From IMG/VR virus record IMGVR_UViG_3300025127_000009, positions 96,001 through 160,000 of that record: a DNA stretch of 64,000 bases, one strand, 5' to 3'. A program made the translations under genes and the position numbers. The stretch's first letter is position 1. Each line of letters starts with the position of its first letter. This stretch comes from a virus. The notes under the pieces were generated by a model. It ran no database searches, was not told the origin of the DNA, and worked only from the letters and a program-made list of their open reading frames with translations. Of the stretch, positions 53,147-62,759 are shown one piece after another.

Positions 53147-55389
53147 ACTAACCCTATGTAATCATAACGATGTGCTACAAAGTTAACTGGCTGTGTCTCG
53201 TTGTTTGATTGCTGCCCTGAATTGTCAGATGGCCCTAGACATGCTTCATCGATTATGGACATTAAATTTTCGTACATCTGATTTTGATTCCAAGTTAGTT
53301 CAAAGGACCTGCCGCCTGTTTGAATCGCCCAGTCTTCCCAATTAGCAGCGTTGTGAGGGTTTATAAAAGTATAAAGTTTAAATCTATTGATTCCTCCTAG
53401 CGTCGTTGTTATTAAGTCTTGTGTTATTTCAGGATCGAGCCAAGATTGATCTTCTTCGTCAGTAAAAACAATTGCAACTCTATCTACGTTCTGTCTCCAA
53501 TTAATCTTGAAGTTCTCTTTACTTGGAGTTGATGCAGTGTCACTAAGCCAAATAGAGTTTCTAACATCAAAATTAGCATTTGAAGATATATCTCTCGTAA
53601 CAAAATACAGAGCATCCCTGAGCATTTCCTGGCTAGTATCCATACCTTCAGCATCTAACGCTGCGAAAGACGAAAGAAAATCTTCAAAAGGAGATATATC
53701 AGTTACCAAGTACAGTCTCTCTCTTTCGCGATCATCTTTCTTAGGACCAATTACAAGGCCCCAATGAAGTTTATCTTCTGCCTGAAAATGTGCTGCAAAA
53801 CGATTTAATGCTGATCGAACCGCTGTTATCTCCTCATCCATTGAACCTGACCAATCAACAATGAACAAAATATCTGTTTCTTTAATCTCTTCTCCGTAGT
53901 CTGTTTCTCCGTCGCAGTCATTATCTGCACCATCACAAACTTCTTGTTGTGGGGTAATTTCATCTTTACAAAGGTCTCTACGGAAACGATCCCACCTATC
54001 GAAATTACCCCACTGTCCTTGATTGCAAACCATGTTTCCAGCAATACAAACCCCGACATCCAAAGTTCCATCTGGCCCTGTATAGCACGCTACCATCAAC
54101 TCCTCATCAATATTTTGGTCGCAGTCTTCATCAAAATTGTTACATATTTCATTTTGTACTGCCATGCCCGCATAACGGTCACATTCTTGATTAGCCAACG
54201 TTTCTAACTGTGCACATAACGCAAGACATTCTGACATCCCTAATTGTGTGCATTCAGGAGGATCATTGCAAGTGCAAGTTTTAAATCCTTGGCCACACCT
54301 TAAAGGTGGTTCAGTGCAAGGAATCAATACTCCAACATCTTGCACAGTGCAATCGCAGTTAAGACCTTCATCAATTAACCCATCACAATCTTGGTCTATA
54401 CCATCACAAGGATCAACCTCTTCTTCTGGTTCAGGAACAGTGCAAGATATCCAATTACCAGAAGAACAAGTCTCAAAACCAACACCGCAAGCAGTTTCAC
54501 ACTCACGAATTAAATCTTCATCAACACTGCCGTCGCAGTCATTATCTTGTCCGTCACACTCATCAGCAGGGACTGGGCCGCATTTGTCGCACTCATTGCG
54601 CTGACCCTCGTCTACTCTTGAGTCACAATCATTATCTTCATAATCACAAACTTCTTCGTTGGGGAAGGGTGCATCGCAATCTATGATCTGTTGGTCAACA
54701 CAGAATCCCCAACCCGTACCACATTCACTTTCGCAGAGAAACCTACCCTCGTCTACCCTATCATCGCAGTCATTATCTTCTCCATCACAGGATTCATCCT
54801 GACAAGGCCGACAAGGGCCGTGAATCAAATTTCCTTTATTGCAAACAACTCTCTGTTTGCCAAACCGACCATCAGCCAACTCACAGTCAAACCACTGAGT
54901 TTGATTAATCTCTGTGTTAGGGGGACACTCGAAAGCCAGTTCACACTCTTCTCTTCGAATAATTTGAGGAGGAGGACAACCTTCATCAAAGCCAAAATCA
55001 CAAGGTTGGCTAGTTTCGTCACACACAGAAACAGTGACTCTTGATCTATGAATCTGGTTATCCGGACGAGGTGGGCAATACCATTGCTGCTGTTCACAAC
55101 ACTGTGGATTACACCTACAATAAAGTTCGAAATCTGAAGGATCCTCGTCTCCTTCGCACTCACTAGTGAAGCCTACCTCGCTCACTGGTGGTAAGTCTGT
55201 GCCTGCCGTGCTCAAAGGAGTAAAAACATCAATTGGCACAGACCCAGCAGAAGACTCTTCAATTGGTAATTCAGGAGGAATTGCTAGGCTTGGTTCACCT
55301 GCCGCTTGAACTTGAGCGTATTCAGATGATGCCGTCTTATCATTACAAGATAACAATGAAAATAAAATTAATATTGCTAAGTACTTCAC
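53137..55389 (-). CDS. Lipoprotein with six CDGxDNDCD (MopE-related) repeats and a C-terminal vWA domain
   Basis: Lipobox 'LLSC'; six repeats; MIDAS 'VDWSGSM'. Confidence 0.85.
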   Translation of the reverse strand: MKYLAILILFSLLSCNDKTASSEYAQVQAAGEPSLAIPPELPIEESSAGSVPIDVFTPLSTAGTDLPPVSEVGFTSECEGDEDPSDFELYCRCNPQCCEQQQWYCPPRPDNQIHRSRVTVSVCDETSQPCDFGFDEGCPPPQIIRREECELAFECPPNTEINQTQWFDCELADGRFGKQRVVCNKGNLIHGPCRPCQDESCDGEDNDCDDRVDEGRFLCESECGTGWGFCVDQQIIDCDAPFPNEEVCDYEDNDCDSRVDEGQRNECDKCGPVPADECDGQDNDCDGSVDEDLIRECETACGVGFETCSSGNWISCTVPEPEEEVDPCDGIDQDCDGLIDEGLNCDCTVQDVGVLIPCTEPPLRCGQGFKTCTCNDPPECTQLGMSECLALCAQLETLANQECDRYAGMAVQNEICNNFDEDCDQNIDEELMVACYTGPDGTLDVGVCIAGNMVCNQGQWGNFDRWDRFRRDLCKDEITPQQEVCDGADNDCDGETDYGEEIKETDILFIVDWSGSMDEEITAVRSALNRFAAHFQAEDKLHWGLVIGPKKDDRERERLYLVTDISPFEDFLSSFAALDAEGMDTSQEMLRDALYFVTRDISSNANFDVRNSIWLSDTASTPSKENFKINWRQNVDRVAIVFTDEEDQSWLDPEITQDLITTTLGGINRFKLYTFINPHNAANWEDWAIQTGGRSFELTWNQNQMYENLMSIIDEACLGPSDNSGQQSNNETQPVNFVAHRYDYIGLVCL

Positions 55390-55392
55390 TTC

Positions 55393-56097
55393 TTACTCCA
55401 AGTCATACTTTTTTCTATACGCCTTAACAGAAAAAGGGAAATGCTTTTCTGCTATTTTCAAACAGGCTTTCGCAACTTGTTGAATTTCCCACTGTGCTCC
55501 TTCGTGTACACGCAAAGAAACAAACTTTAAAAGGTTGTGTAAATTTACCGTGCCATAATATTGAGTATATAAATTTTGAGGCAACACACCTCTTGCTTGC
55601 TCTCTACAGACCCCTGCTTTTAGCATTGAATCAAAAAGTTTTACACATTCTCTGTGATGTGCAGATACTAAATTTGAAGCCGTTGAAGATACAGGCCATC
55701 CGGCCCTGTTGTATTCCAACAAAGGGTCGTTTGTTTCATCAGTGCTTGCCTGACGATTAGACTTGTGTTGTGTCCTAAAACTTTGTGGCTCGTAGAACTG
55801 TAAGTCAACACTAGTATATCTCCTGCTAATCTCATTGTAAGCCCAAGTTCTATGCCTGTGGTGTTGGCTTCTAATAAAAAGAGGTACCACAAACTTCATA
55901 GTTATAGCACAGTGCTCAAAAGGGCTTGTATGATTGTGATTCATAAGATAGTTAATTAACTTAACATCTTTATCGTCCACCGCTTCCTTCTCTACATTAA
56001 AAGAAACGCGAGCAGCATTGACAACAGAGAGGTCTGTTCCCATGTGAGATATGTATTCAACTGACCCAATACCGTCTTCAAAAATATCAATTTTCAT
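55393..56097 (-). CDS. thyX: Flavin-dependent thymidylate synthase
   Basis: 'HTSPFEH', 'RSQHHRHRTWAYNEISRRY', 'EQARGVLP', 'AQWEI'. Confidence 0.97.
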   Translation of the reverse strand: MKIDIFEDGIGSVEYISHMGTDLSVVNAARVSFNVEKEAVDDKDVKLINYLMNHNHTSPFEHCAITMKFVVPLFIRSQHHRHRTWAYNEISRRYTSVDLQFYEPQSFRTQHKSNRQASTDETNDPLLEYNRAGWPVSSTASNLVSAHHRECVKLFDSMLKAGVCREQARGVLPQNLYTQYYGTVNLHNLLKFVSLRVHEGAQWEIQQVAKACLKIAEKHFPFSVKAYRKKYDLE

Positions 56098-56413
56098 CTA
56101 AGCCCCTAAAAATACCCATAACATAGTTTTCCAATATAAAATAGTGAACCTTATCTTTTAAGACTACTTCTTCAATCATAGTCTTATCAACCACAATTAC
56201 ATTGTTTTCGGGGAGAGAAGTAGTTTTCAATCTTTGAAAAACAGTTGCACAGTCTGGCGCTACCTTCACCACTGTTGCTAATATATATCTATCTTCTTCT
56301 GGTTTAAAATCTTCTGGTAGTAGTACAGGGGAATCAGGCTCCCCCTTATTAAAATGTGGTACAATCGTTATGTGACGATTGACTGGATTTAACGCACGCA
56401 AAAACCTAGACAT
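56087..56413 (-). CDS. Divergent GroES-like co-chaperonin
   Basis: 'LNPVNRHITI', 'PVLLPE', 'ATVVKVAP', 'HYFILENYVMGI' align by eye with GroES. Confidence 0.65.
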   Translation of the reverse strand: MSRFLRALNPVNRHITIVPHFNKGEPDSPVLLPEDFKPEEDRYILATVVKVAPDCATVFQRLKTTSLPENNVIVVDKTMIEEVVLKDKVHYFILENYVMGIFRGLDEN

Positions 56414-56466
56414 GAATCCTCCTTTCTTTATAGCATAGACAATTATATCATCAATGTCAAATGGTT

Positions 56467-58329
56467 TTATACAAATTTAACTTCGCATGCTCCACCAGAG
56501 CAAGCGACTTCGCCGGATAAATTAGTGTTATCCTCTACTTCGGATACCTTTGTGAGATCTACTTCCTTTAAAGATTCCATCAATACATCATAGGTTTCTT
56601 TTGAACAATCCTCAAAGGGCGCTTGTGTGTAAGTGCCACCATCATATGGCAACACAGACAAGCCGTTATAAGAACTTCTATTTTCCCACATCCACTCACC
56701 AACGTCAGCCCACTCAGCATCTTTAATAGATATTGTAGCGGACACATTGTGTGTGTTTTGGCCTTTCCTGAAACCAGGCTTTATCCAATTTTGAGTAACA
56801 TGATCAACTCTCTTTAATAATTGAAGAGCAGACTCTGTTCTATATATGGCACCCTCTGGGGACTTCTGAGGAACAGAAATAACCGCCGTCGTATGAGGGC
56901 TAAAGTACTCGTCTTCAACCAACTCAGGGTGATTTTCAATTAAATAATTATAAATTGATTCGTTTTTACCCACCCTAAGACGTCTAATATAAAAATCATT
57001 GTGCCATGCATGGATTCCAGAACTGGTTCCAAGAACCAAGGATGTTGTTCCTGCTGGTTTGACGCAAGTTGTTCTTGCTGCTGGTCGTATGTTTATTAAA
57101 TCTGCGACTCTTTTGTTTTCATTCTTAACTGCATTCGCTGCCGACTTCATATCAAGTTCTAAGACCTTACCAGAAGCGATACCGGTCATACTGACGCCGA
57201 TAAGGGCATCTTTTTCAGTGGTTCTACGCCACACATCTCGAAGGTAATGAAAATCAGTGTAACTAGCCTGCAACGTACCAATAAAAGTTGCTGCTTTTAC
57301 TCTTTCCTCTAAGTCTTCTTGACTTTCCAAGTTTGAAACATTTACTTCCGTTAAGTTACAAAATTGATACGGACGAAGACCAATCTCACAACACGGATTC
57401 GTGCCCCAATCTTTGTCATTGGAAAAATAAAATCCTGGCTCGCCTGCGCCAGATGCCTTTACCCTTTCCCACAACCCCATGAAATATTCTTTATCTATTT
57501 TATGTCTCAACAAAACAACAGAATTATTTGCGCGGCCTCTTTGAGGGTTTTTCTCCCACCAATTACCAGACTTTGCAGATATCATATCGTTATCGTCTGC
57601 TGAGAAAAGGGATATCAAGGCTGCTCGTCGAATACCACCAGCCAAGACTGCATCGGCTATGTGACAGACCATATCATGAACTTCGATTGGAATAAGTTTA
57701 TCTCCATCTTCTTTTTGAGATAACAATCCCTCTAACTTAACCAAGCATTCGCGAAGCGGTTGAGGTCCTGGTGCTTTACCTCCGGAAGTTATAAGTTGCG
57801 CACCCTTTGGTCGAATATCAGAATAATCAAATCTTAGCCTAGAGCCACCAAAAAAATATGACCTTATCAAAGCCTTAACTGCATCAGCCCAGCCTTCAAT
57901 CGAATCTGCAATAAGAAACCTTCTATTTCTTTTCATGTTAGGCTTTCTTATTTCAGGAAGTTTATCTACGTGATGGTTTTGTACGCTGAAACCTACGCCC
58001 GTTCCGCCGAGAAGTAAAAACATCGCCTCGCTAAAAGAACGCCAATCGTCAATCGGCATATAAGCACAATTAAATATTCTATTTGGTGCTACTTCTATTG
58101 GCTTTCCCCCGAATTGAAGCGATCTCATAGATGGTAGTACCTTCTTTTCAAAAACAAATTTGTAGTTTTTGATAATCTGAAGTTCTAATTCAGGATACTT
58201 CTTGAGATGCATATTCATATTTCTAGTAACCAATTCTTCCCACGTTTCTCTTCGGTTTTCCTCTGCTATATATTTAGCATATTTCATGTGTACAGTGATG
58301 TCTGATAAAATGTCATTTGATAAACTCAT
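56467..58329 (-). CDS. nrdJ: Class II (B12-dependent) ribonucleotide reductase
   Basis: 'LLLGGTGVGFS', 'TNPCCEI', 'CNLTEVN', 'VKPAGT', C-terminal 'ACSGGACE'. Confidence 0.93.
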   Translation of the reverse strand: MSLSNDILSDITVHMKYAKYIAEENRRETWEELVTRNMNMHLKKYPELELQIIKNYKFVFEKKVLPSMRSLQFGGKPIEVAPNRIFNCAYMPIDDWRSFSEAMFLLLGGTGVGFSVQNHHVDKLPEIRKPNMKRNRRFLIADSIEGWADAVKALIRSYFFGGSRLRFDYSDIRPKGAQLITSGGKAPGPQPLRECLVKLEGLLSQKEDGDKLIPIEVHDMVCHIADAVLAGGIRRAALISLFSADDNDMISAKSGNWWEKNPQRGRANNSVVLLRHKIDKEYFMGLWERVKASGAGEPGFYFSNDKDWGTNPCCEIGLRPYQFCNLTEVNVSNLESQEDLEERVKAATFIGTLQASYTDFHYLRDVWRRTTEKDALIGVSMTGIASGKVLELDMKSAANAVKNENKRVADLINIRPAARTTCVKPAGTTSLVLGTSSGIHAWHNDFYIRRLRVGKNESIYNYLIENHPELVEDEYFSPHTTAVISVPQKSPEGAIYRTESALQLLKRVDHVTQNWIKPGFRKGQNTHNVSATISIKDAEWADVGEWMWENRSSYNGLSVLPYDGGTYTQAPFEDCSKETYDVLMESLKEVDLTKVSEVEDNTNLSGEVACSGGACEVKFV

Positions 58330-59711
58330 TCTTTACTCCCCTTATTTTTAAACTTTTTATACTTCTCTGTCAATAAATCCCTTTGTTTTTTTGCCGCGTT
58401 CTTTACCACATCTTCCATGTCTTCACTGCTAAGCGGTTGTTCTAAGACTTTTATCTTTACATTGCTTGTGTCCATAAATATTGGATAGATCAATCCATCT
58501 GGGCCGTTTCTATTTTTAGCAATAAAAATCCGCCCACCGTTTGTTTGCTTGTCTTCAATAGTTCTCGAAACCGAAAAAATAAAATCTGCAACGAAGCACT
58601 TATTGAATGCTTCGGAAATGGATTCCATAGTTATAACCTCGGCATTTAGACCCGACCGATTCGTTTGAGAAGCGGTCCAAATAGGGCACTCATAGATTTG
58701 TGAAATACCCCGTAACTCCTCATAAATAGTTTCCAACTGATGTCTTTTCTCGTCTTTTGAGAACTTTTCAGGTTTTATTAGGTCTCCATAATCGACAATA
58801 ATAAGGTCTGGCTTAAAGTCATGATTCTTCATTTTTTCTAAATGATTTTTAATTGTCTCAACAGTTGCAGATCTAGTTGGATACTCTTTTACAACTAATT
58901 TGCCAGGCACTTCTTTAACTTTATCATAGATCTGCTCTTTAAACACACGTAGATCTTTAAGATGATATCCTGTAATTAAACTGTCATATCTGCCAGCAAC
59001 CACTGTGTCTGCAAGTTCTAATGTGTAATGCACTACATTTTTACCACGCAACAATGCATGAGCACCTAAATGCACTAAAACCATTGACTTTCCTGCACCA
59101 GTAGGCGCTATTACTACGCCCAGTTCCCCTGAACCTAAACCACCTTTTGTTAATTTATCAACAGGTGTCCACCCTGTGCTTATCGGATTTCTTGCTTTTA
59201 GTTCAAAGCGCCTCTCAAAATCAGCCAAATAATCATAACCTATATCATTACTTGTACCAAGTTTTAGAGCGTCATTAATAACTTTAGCAACTTCATCAAA
59301 AGAAGATTTTTTAATTAAATCAACAGACTGAATCATAGCCTCCTTCAATTTCTGTTTTTTGCAGAAATCTAGCGCAGTATCTTTGATATATTCAGTGCCG
59401 TCTATTTCATCTTGCTTTGCCAAAATCCTAGCAAAATAATCACGAAGCAACTTTTGAACGGACTCTTGTTCAGAAGTCAAACCAGTTCTCATTATGCTGG
59501 TCATTATTTTTTTACTAGGATGCACACCATATTGTTTTTTATATTCTTGAATCTTCTTTACAAAAACTTTTAGATAAGTGAGTTCTAAAAAATTAATATC
59601 TAGAACCTCAAATATTTGATCTGCAAATGGCCTATCTTCAAGAATCAAATGACACAGACTTTCTTGAAAAGACTTTCCAAATTTTGAAAAATCTTCTTTT
59701 GTTTGAAGCAT
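58326..59711 (-). CDS. Replicative SF4 helicase (DnaB/gp41-like)
   Basis: 'APTGAGKS', 'IIVDYGD', 'WTASQTNR', 'KNRNGPDG'. Confidence 0.93.
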   Translation of the reverse strand: MLQTKEDFSKFGKSFQESLCHLILEDRPFADQIFEVLDINFLELTYLKVFVKKIQEYKKQYGVHPSKKIMTSIMRTGLTSEQESVQKLLRDYFARILAKQDEIDGTEYIKDTALDFCKKQKLKEAMIQSVDLIKKSSFDEVAKVINDALKLGTSNDIGYDYLADFERRFELKARNPISTGWTPVDKLTKGGLGSGELGVVIAPTGAGKSMVLVHLGAHALLRGKNVVHYTLELADTVVAGRYDSLITGYHLKDLRVFKEQIYDKVKEVPGKLVVKEYPTRSATVETIKNHLEKMKNHDFKPDLIIVDYGDLIKPEKFSKDEKRHQLETIYEELRGISQIYECPIWTASQTNRSGLNAEVITMESISEAFNKCFVADFIFSVSRTIEDKQTNGGRIFIAKNRNGPDGLIYPIFMDTSNVKIKVLEQPLSSEDMEDVVKNAAKKQRDLLTEKYKKFKNKGSKE

Positions 59712-60709
59712 TAATTAAACCCTATTCCTTCCTGAATCATAGCATTGAATCGTCTAACCAAACAATCTAGGTTTGTGGACATCATCCCGTCAGATGATAG
59801 CATTTTCCTAACCTCTGTCATGTTTAGCATTGGCTCATACTCTTCAAATGTTTGATTAATATATAAAGCAGATTGCACCGATATAAGCGGAGTTGCAAGT
59901 TGCATTATAGAGTAATTATTACACACTTTCTGATAATCTTCAAGCACTTTGTTATAAATTTTTAATTTAGATTCTTCTATCATTTCCTCAGAATAAATTT
60001 TAATATCTGATAGTAGATAATCTTTATCATTCGCTAAAAAAGGAAAAGCCTTAGACACTGTTTTTAATCCAACACCTGGTAATCCATCGATGTTGTCACT
60101 TTTATCACCAACCATCGCCCTTGCTAAAGCAAAATTATTAGGATGAATAGAGTGTGTTTCTAAAATACGATTCGTGTTCAACACTTCTTCTTGAGTTGGT
60201 CTAAACAACAAAGTTTTTTCATCCAACAACTGAATAAAATCTTTATCACTTGAGACTACAACTTTTTGCCACTCAGAGAAAATAGGCATCGACTTAACAT
60301 ATGATATGACATCATCAGCCTCAACGTTGGGTTCTCTAAATTGAATAATTGGCATTTGATTTACGTATTCAATTGTTCTAAGTTGTTGCCATAATCTATT
60401 TTCTTCTACTTCTTCCTGTGACATCTCATTTATCCACCTATTTAAGCGCATCTTGGATTGGCTTTTGAGTTTAGGTGGTTTTCTGCCCATTTTATAATTT
60501 TTGTTTTGCGCCCTCCTTTGCGTAGAACCGCCTTCCCCATCCCAAACCACAACAAACAAATCTGGTTTTATTTGATTGCACAATTTGTTCAATGTATGTA
60601 AAAAACCCACAGTGCCACCGATTGGAAAACCATTTGGTGTCATAGTGGGATTAACAATATACGAGCGGATAAACTGGTTCTGCGCGTCTATTAACATTAA
60701 TCTTTTCAT
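59711..60709 (-). CDS. 5'-3' exonuclease (Pol I N-terminal/T4 RNase H-like)
   Basis: 'LIDAQN', 'VVWDG', 'EADDVI', 'SSDKDFIQL', 'GDKSDNIDG..GVG.KT'. Confidence 0.94.
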   Translation of the reverse strand: MKRLMLIDAQNQFIRSYIVNPTMTPNGFPIGGTVGFLHTLNKLCNQIKPDLFVVVWDGEGGSTQRRAQNKNYKMGRKPPKLKSQSKMRLNRWINEMSQEEVEENRLWQQLRTIEYVNQMPIIQFREPNVEADDVISYVKSMPIFSEWQKVVVSSDKDFIQLLDEKTLLFRPTQEEVLNTNRILETHSIHPNNFALARAMVGDKSDNIDGLPGVGLKTVSKAFPFLANDKDYLLSDIKIYSEEMIEESKLKIYNKVLEDYQKVCNNYSIMQLATPLISVQSALYINQTFEEYEPMLNMTEVRKMLSSDGMMSTNLDCLVRRFNAMIQEGIGFN

Positions 60710-60724
60710 ATTTACTCCTAAAGA

Positions 60725-60748
60725 AAACCCCCTATTTCTAGGGGGTTT
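60725..60748 (-). terminator. Intrinsic terminator after recA
   Basis: AAACCCCCTA-4-TAGGGGGTTT followed by a T run. Confidence 0.8.
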
Positions 60749-60754
60749 GTTTGT

Positions 60755-61894
60755 CTACTCTTCTGTAGAATCTGAACCTTCTGGTTCGTCTGGTTCGTAA
60801 AAATCAGACGCATTTCCTGTTCTGTCACTAAATTTCTTAATAACATCTTCGTCCATAATATGAAGAACTCTTTCTTTAAACTTATCATTCTCCAGTTTTG
60901 ACAGCCAATGTGCTCTTTGAAATTTTTCTTTAGTGCCATCTTCATACACAAGAGCATACCAAGCGCCGGATTGTTCAAGATTTTCTGAAATTTGGATTGC
61001 ATCAAACCAACTCTCTCTATCTTGAATACCGACATGATCGGTCACATCCCAAAGGATTTTAAAGTTGCAGGTTCGGCCAGTTGAGCCAAAGCGAGACTTT
61101 TCAATCTTACACTTCACCTCTGACCCGATCCTAAAACCATTATCATCCAAAACAAAAGATGCCTTTGCTTTGCGACCAGTTAGCCAAATTCTTAACGAGT
61201 AAGAATATGGGAGCGTTTTACCGCCAGGAGTCATATAGGGTGTCGTCATTGCTTCGGAAGGGCTCCTTGTGATGTTGGTCTTTAATTGGTTCAACACCAA
61301 CAAGCAGGCCCCTGCGTTTGCAATTGGTTGCACTAATTTGGGCATACCCTTTGAAAGAATCCTCGCTTTCATAGCCATTGAAGATTGAGGATTGTAGTCC
61401 GATTCTATATCGTGCTCAGAGGGCGTGAGAGCAAGCGAATCCCAAATGAATAACCACTTTTCAGGAATCTTTAAAAGATCTTCTATTTGAGCCAGCACAC
61501 TTTCTACAGAAGTAGCCTGGATATAAACTAGATCGTCTAAAATACATCCGGACCTTTCAAGAAAGTTGGAATCAATTGCTGACTCTGAATCAAAATAGGC
61601 TACTCTAAAACCTTTTTCTTGTGCGTTGGCTGCAATTTGAGCCGCCATGAATGATTTACCTGTAGCCTCAAGTCCAGCGATTTCAGTGACCTTTCCCACT
61701 GGAATTCCTGCAAGTTTTCCTTTAGCGATAATAGAATCAAGCCAGCGAGAGCCTGTTGAAATCCAATCCTTAACATCCGTTGGATTTTCTTCTTGTAAAT
61801 CATAAGCAACGCTAACCCCCGCACGTTTATTTAGTTGCGAAATAATGTCTTTTGTCGATATTTTACCAGATTTCAATTTTGTTACCTTATTCAT
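60755..61894 (-). CDS. recA: RecA/UvsX recombinase
   Basis: 'ISTGSRWLD', 'GLEATGKS', 'FIWDS', 'PGGK'. Confidence 0.94.
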   Translation of the reverse strand: MNKVTKLKSGKISTKDIISQLNKRAGVSVAYDLQEENPTDVKDWISTGSRWLDSIIAKGKLAGIPVGKVTEIAGLEATGKSFMAAQIAANAQEKGFRVAYFDSESAIDSNFLERSGCILDDLVYIQATSVESVLAQIEDLLKIPEKWLFIWDSLALTPSEHDIESDYNPQSSMAMKARILSKGMPKLVQPIANAGACLLVLNQLKTNITRSPSEAMTTPYMTPGGKTLPYSYSLRIWLTGRKAKASFVLDDNGFRIGSEVKCKIEKSRFGSTGRTCNFKILWDVTDHVGIQDRESWFDAIQISENLEQSGAWYALVYEDGTKEKFQRAHWLSKLENDKFKERVLHIMDEDVIKKFSDRTGNASDFYEPDEPEGSDSTEE

Positions 61895-61900
61895 CTTTTA

Positions 61901-62650
61901 TCAACCCAGCAACTCGTTGAACGCCTTTTCCACATCATCTGTGTTACTCTGCTCAACAACCGGCTTTTCACCAAACTTTTCAATCTGCTCAGATTCACCG
62001 GACAAATGTCCGTCTAGAATCTGCTGGACTTCATCAGACGTCTTCCTTTCAAAAATAGTATCAAAGTTAGGAATTGTTTCTAGCAACTCTGCACAACGCT
62101 CATCACCTCCGACTGCATCATCACATAGAGCAGACTTTCTAGGCCGAGGTCGAATATCTGTAGTGGGGAAAGACGCACCAGGAGCCTTTCCATAAAGTAA
62201 CTTAAGATCGTTGCCATCCGTAGGGTCTGTAATATCTCCATAATCAGGATCCAAAACAATACCAAGCAACTTCTGATAGGCTAACTTGCCATAGCCCCAA
62301 ACCCTAACACCTTCAGACTCCTCACCCCGTACCAACACGGGAGAGAAAAATCTCTGCTTGGCAAACATGGTCTTAGCCAAATTCTTGCTATCATCCGAAT
62401 TTTCATTCCAGAGTTGATTTGCGAAGTCGCACACTGGGCAACTATCGCCAAAATTTCGCTTTGGGCATAAGAAACTTTGACTTCCTACATTGTAGTGAAA
62501 CCATCTTTCCTTAAAAGGATCTCCATCTGCAGTTGGAACAATACGAATATTATTCTCTCCATCTTCTGGACGCCAGAAGTTCTTCTTCTTTTCGCCCTTG
62601 CCCTGTAGGGCATTCATCTTTTGTTTCATCAAATCAATATTTAAAGCCAT
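61901..62650 (-). CDS. Single-stranded DNA-binding protein (gp32-like)
   Basis: Start MALNID (CAGGAG); 'RIVP', 'HY..CPK..CPVC', acidic 'AFNELLG' tail. Confidence 0.85.
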   Translation of the reverse strand: MALNIDLMKQKMNALQGKGEKKKNFWRPEDGENNIRIVPTADGDPFKERWFHYNVGSQSFLCPKRNFGDSCPVCDFANQLWNENSDDSKNLAKTMFAKQRFFSPVLVRGEESEGVRVWGYGKLAYQKLLGIVLDPDYGDITDPTDGNDLKLLYGKAPGASFPTTDIRPRPRKSALCDDAVGGDERCAELLETIPNFDTIFERKTSDEVQQILDGHLSGESEQIEKFGEKPVVEQSNTDDVEKAFNELLG

Positions 62651-62722
62651 GTTTTTCTCCTGTTGTTTTTTTGCTCTTTGGCTAAAGCAGGTCAGCAAAT
62701 TTCCTGACCAACTGAATCTATA

Positions 62723-62759
62723 ATACTAAATGTTTTTTTGTTTGTCAACTATTTTTTTT
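62723..62759. repeat. 37-bp direct repeat copy A, containing promoter TTGACA-17-TATTAT
   Basis: Identical to 63945-63981. Confidence 0.9.

Noticed and set aside
48175-58329. Inteins or introns in dnaE or nrdJ
   Set aside because: Lengths and motif spacing look uninterrupted; no splicing motifs seen
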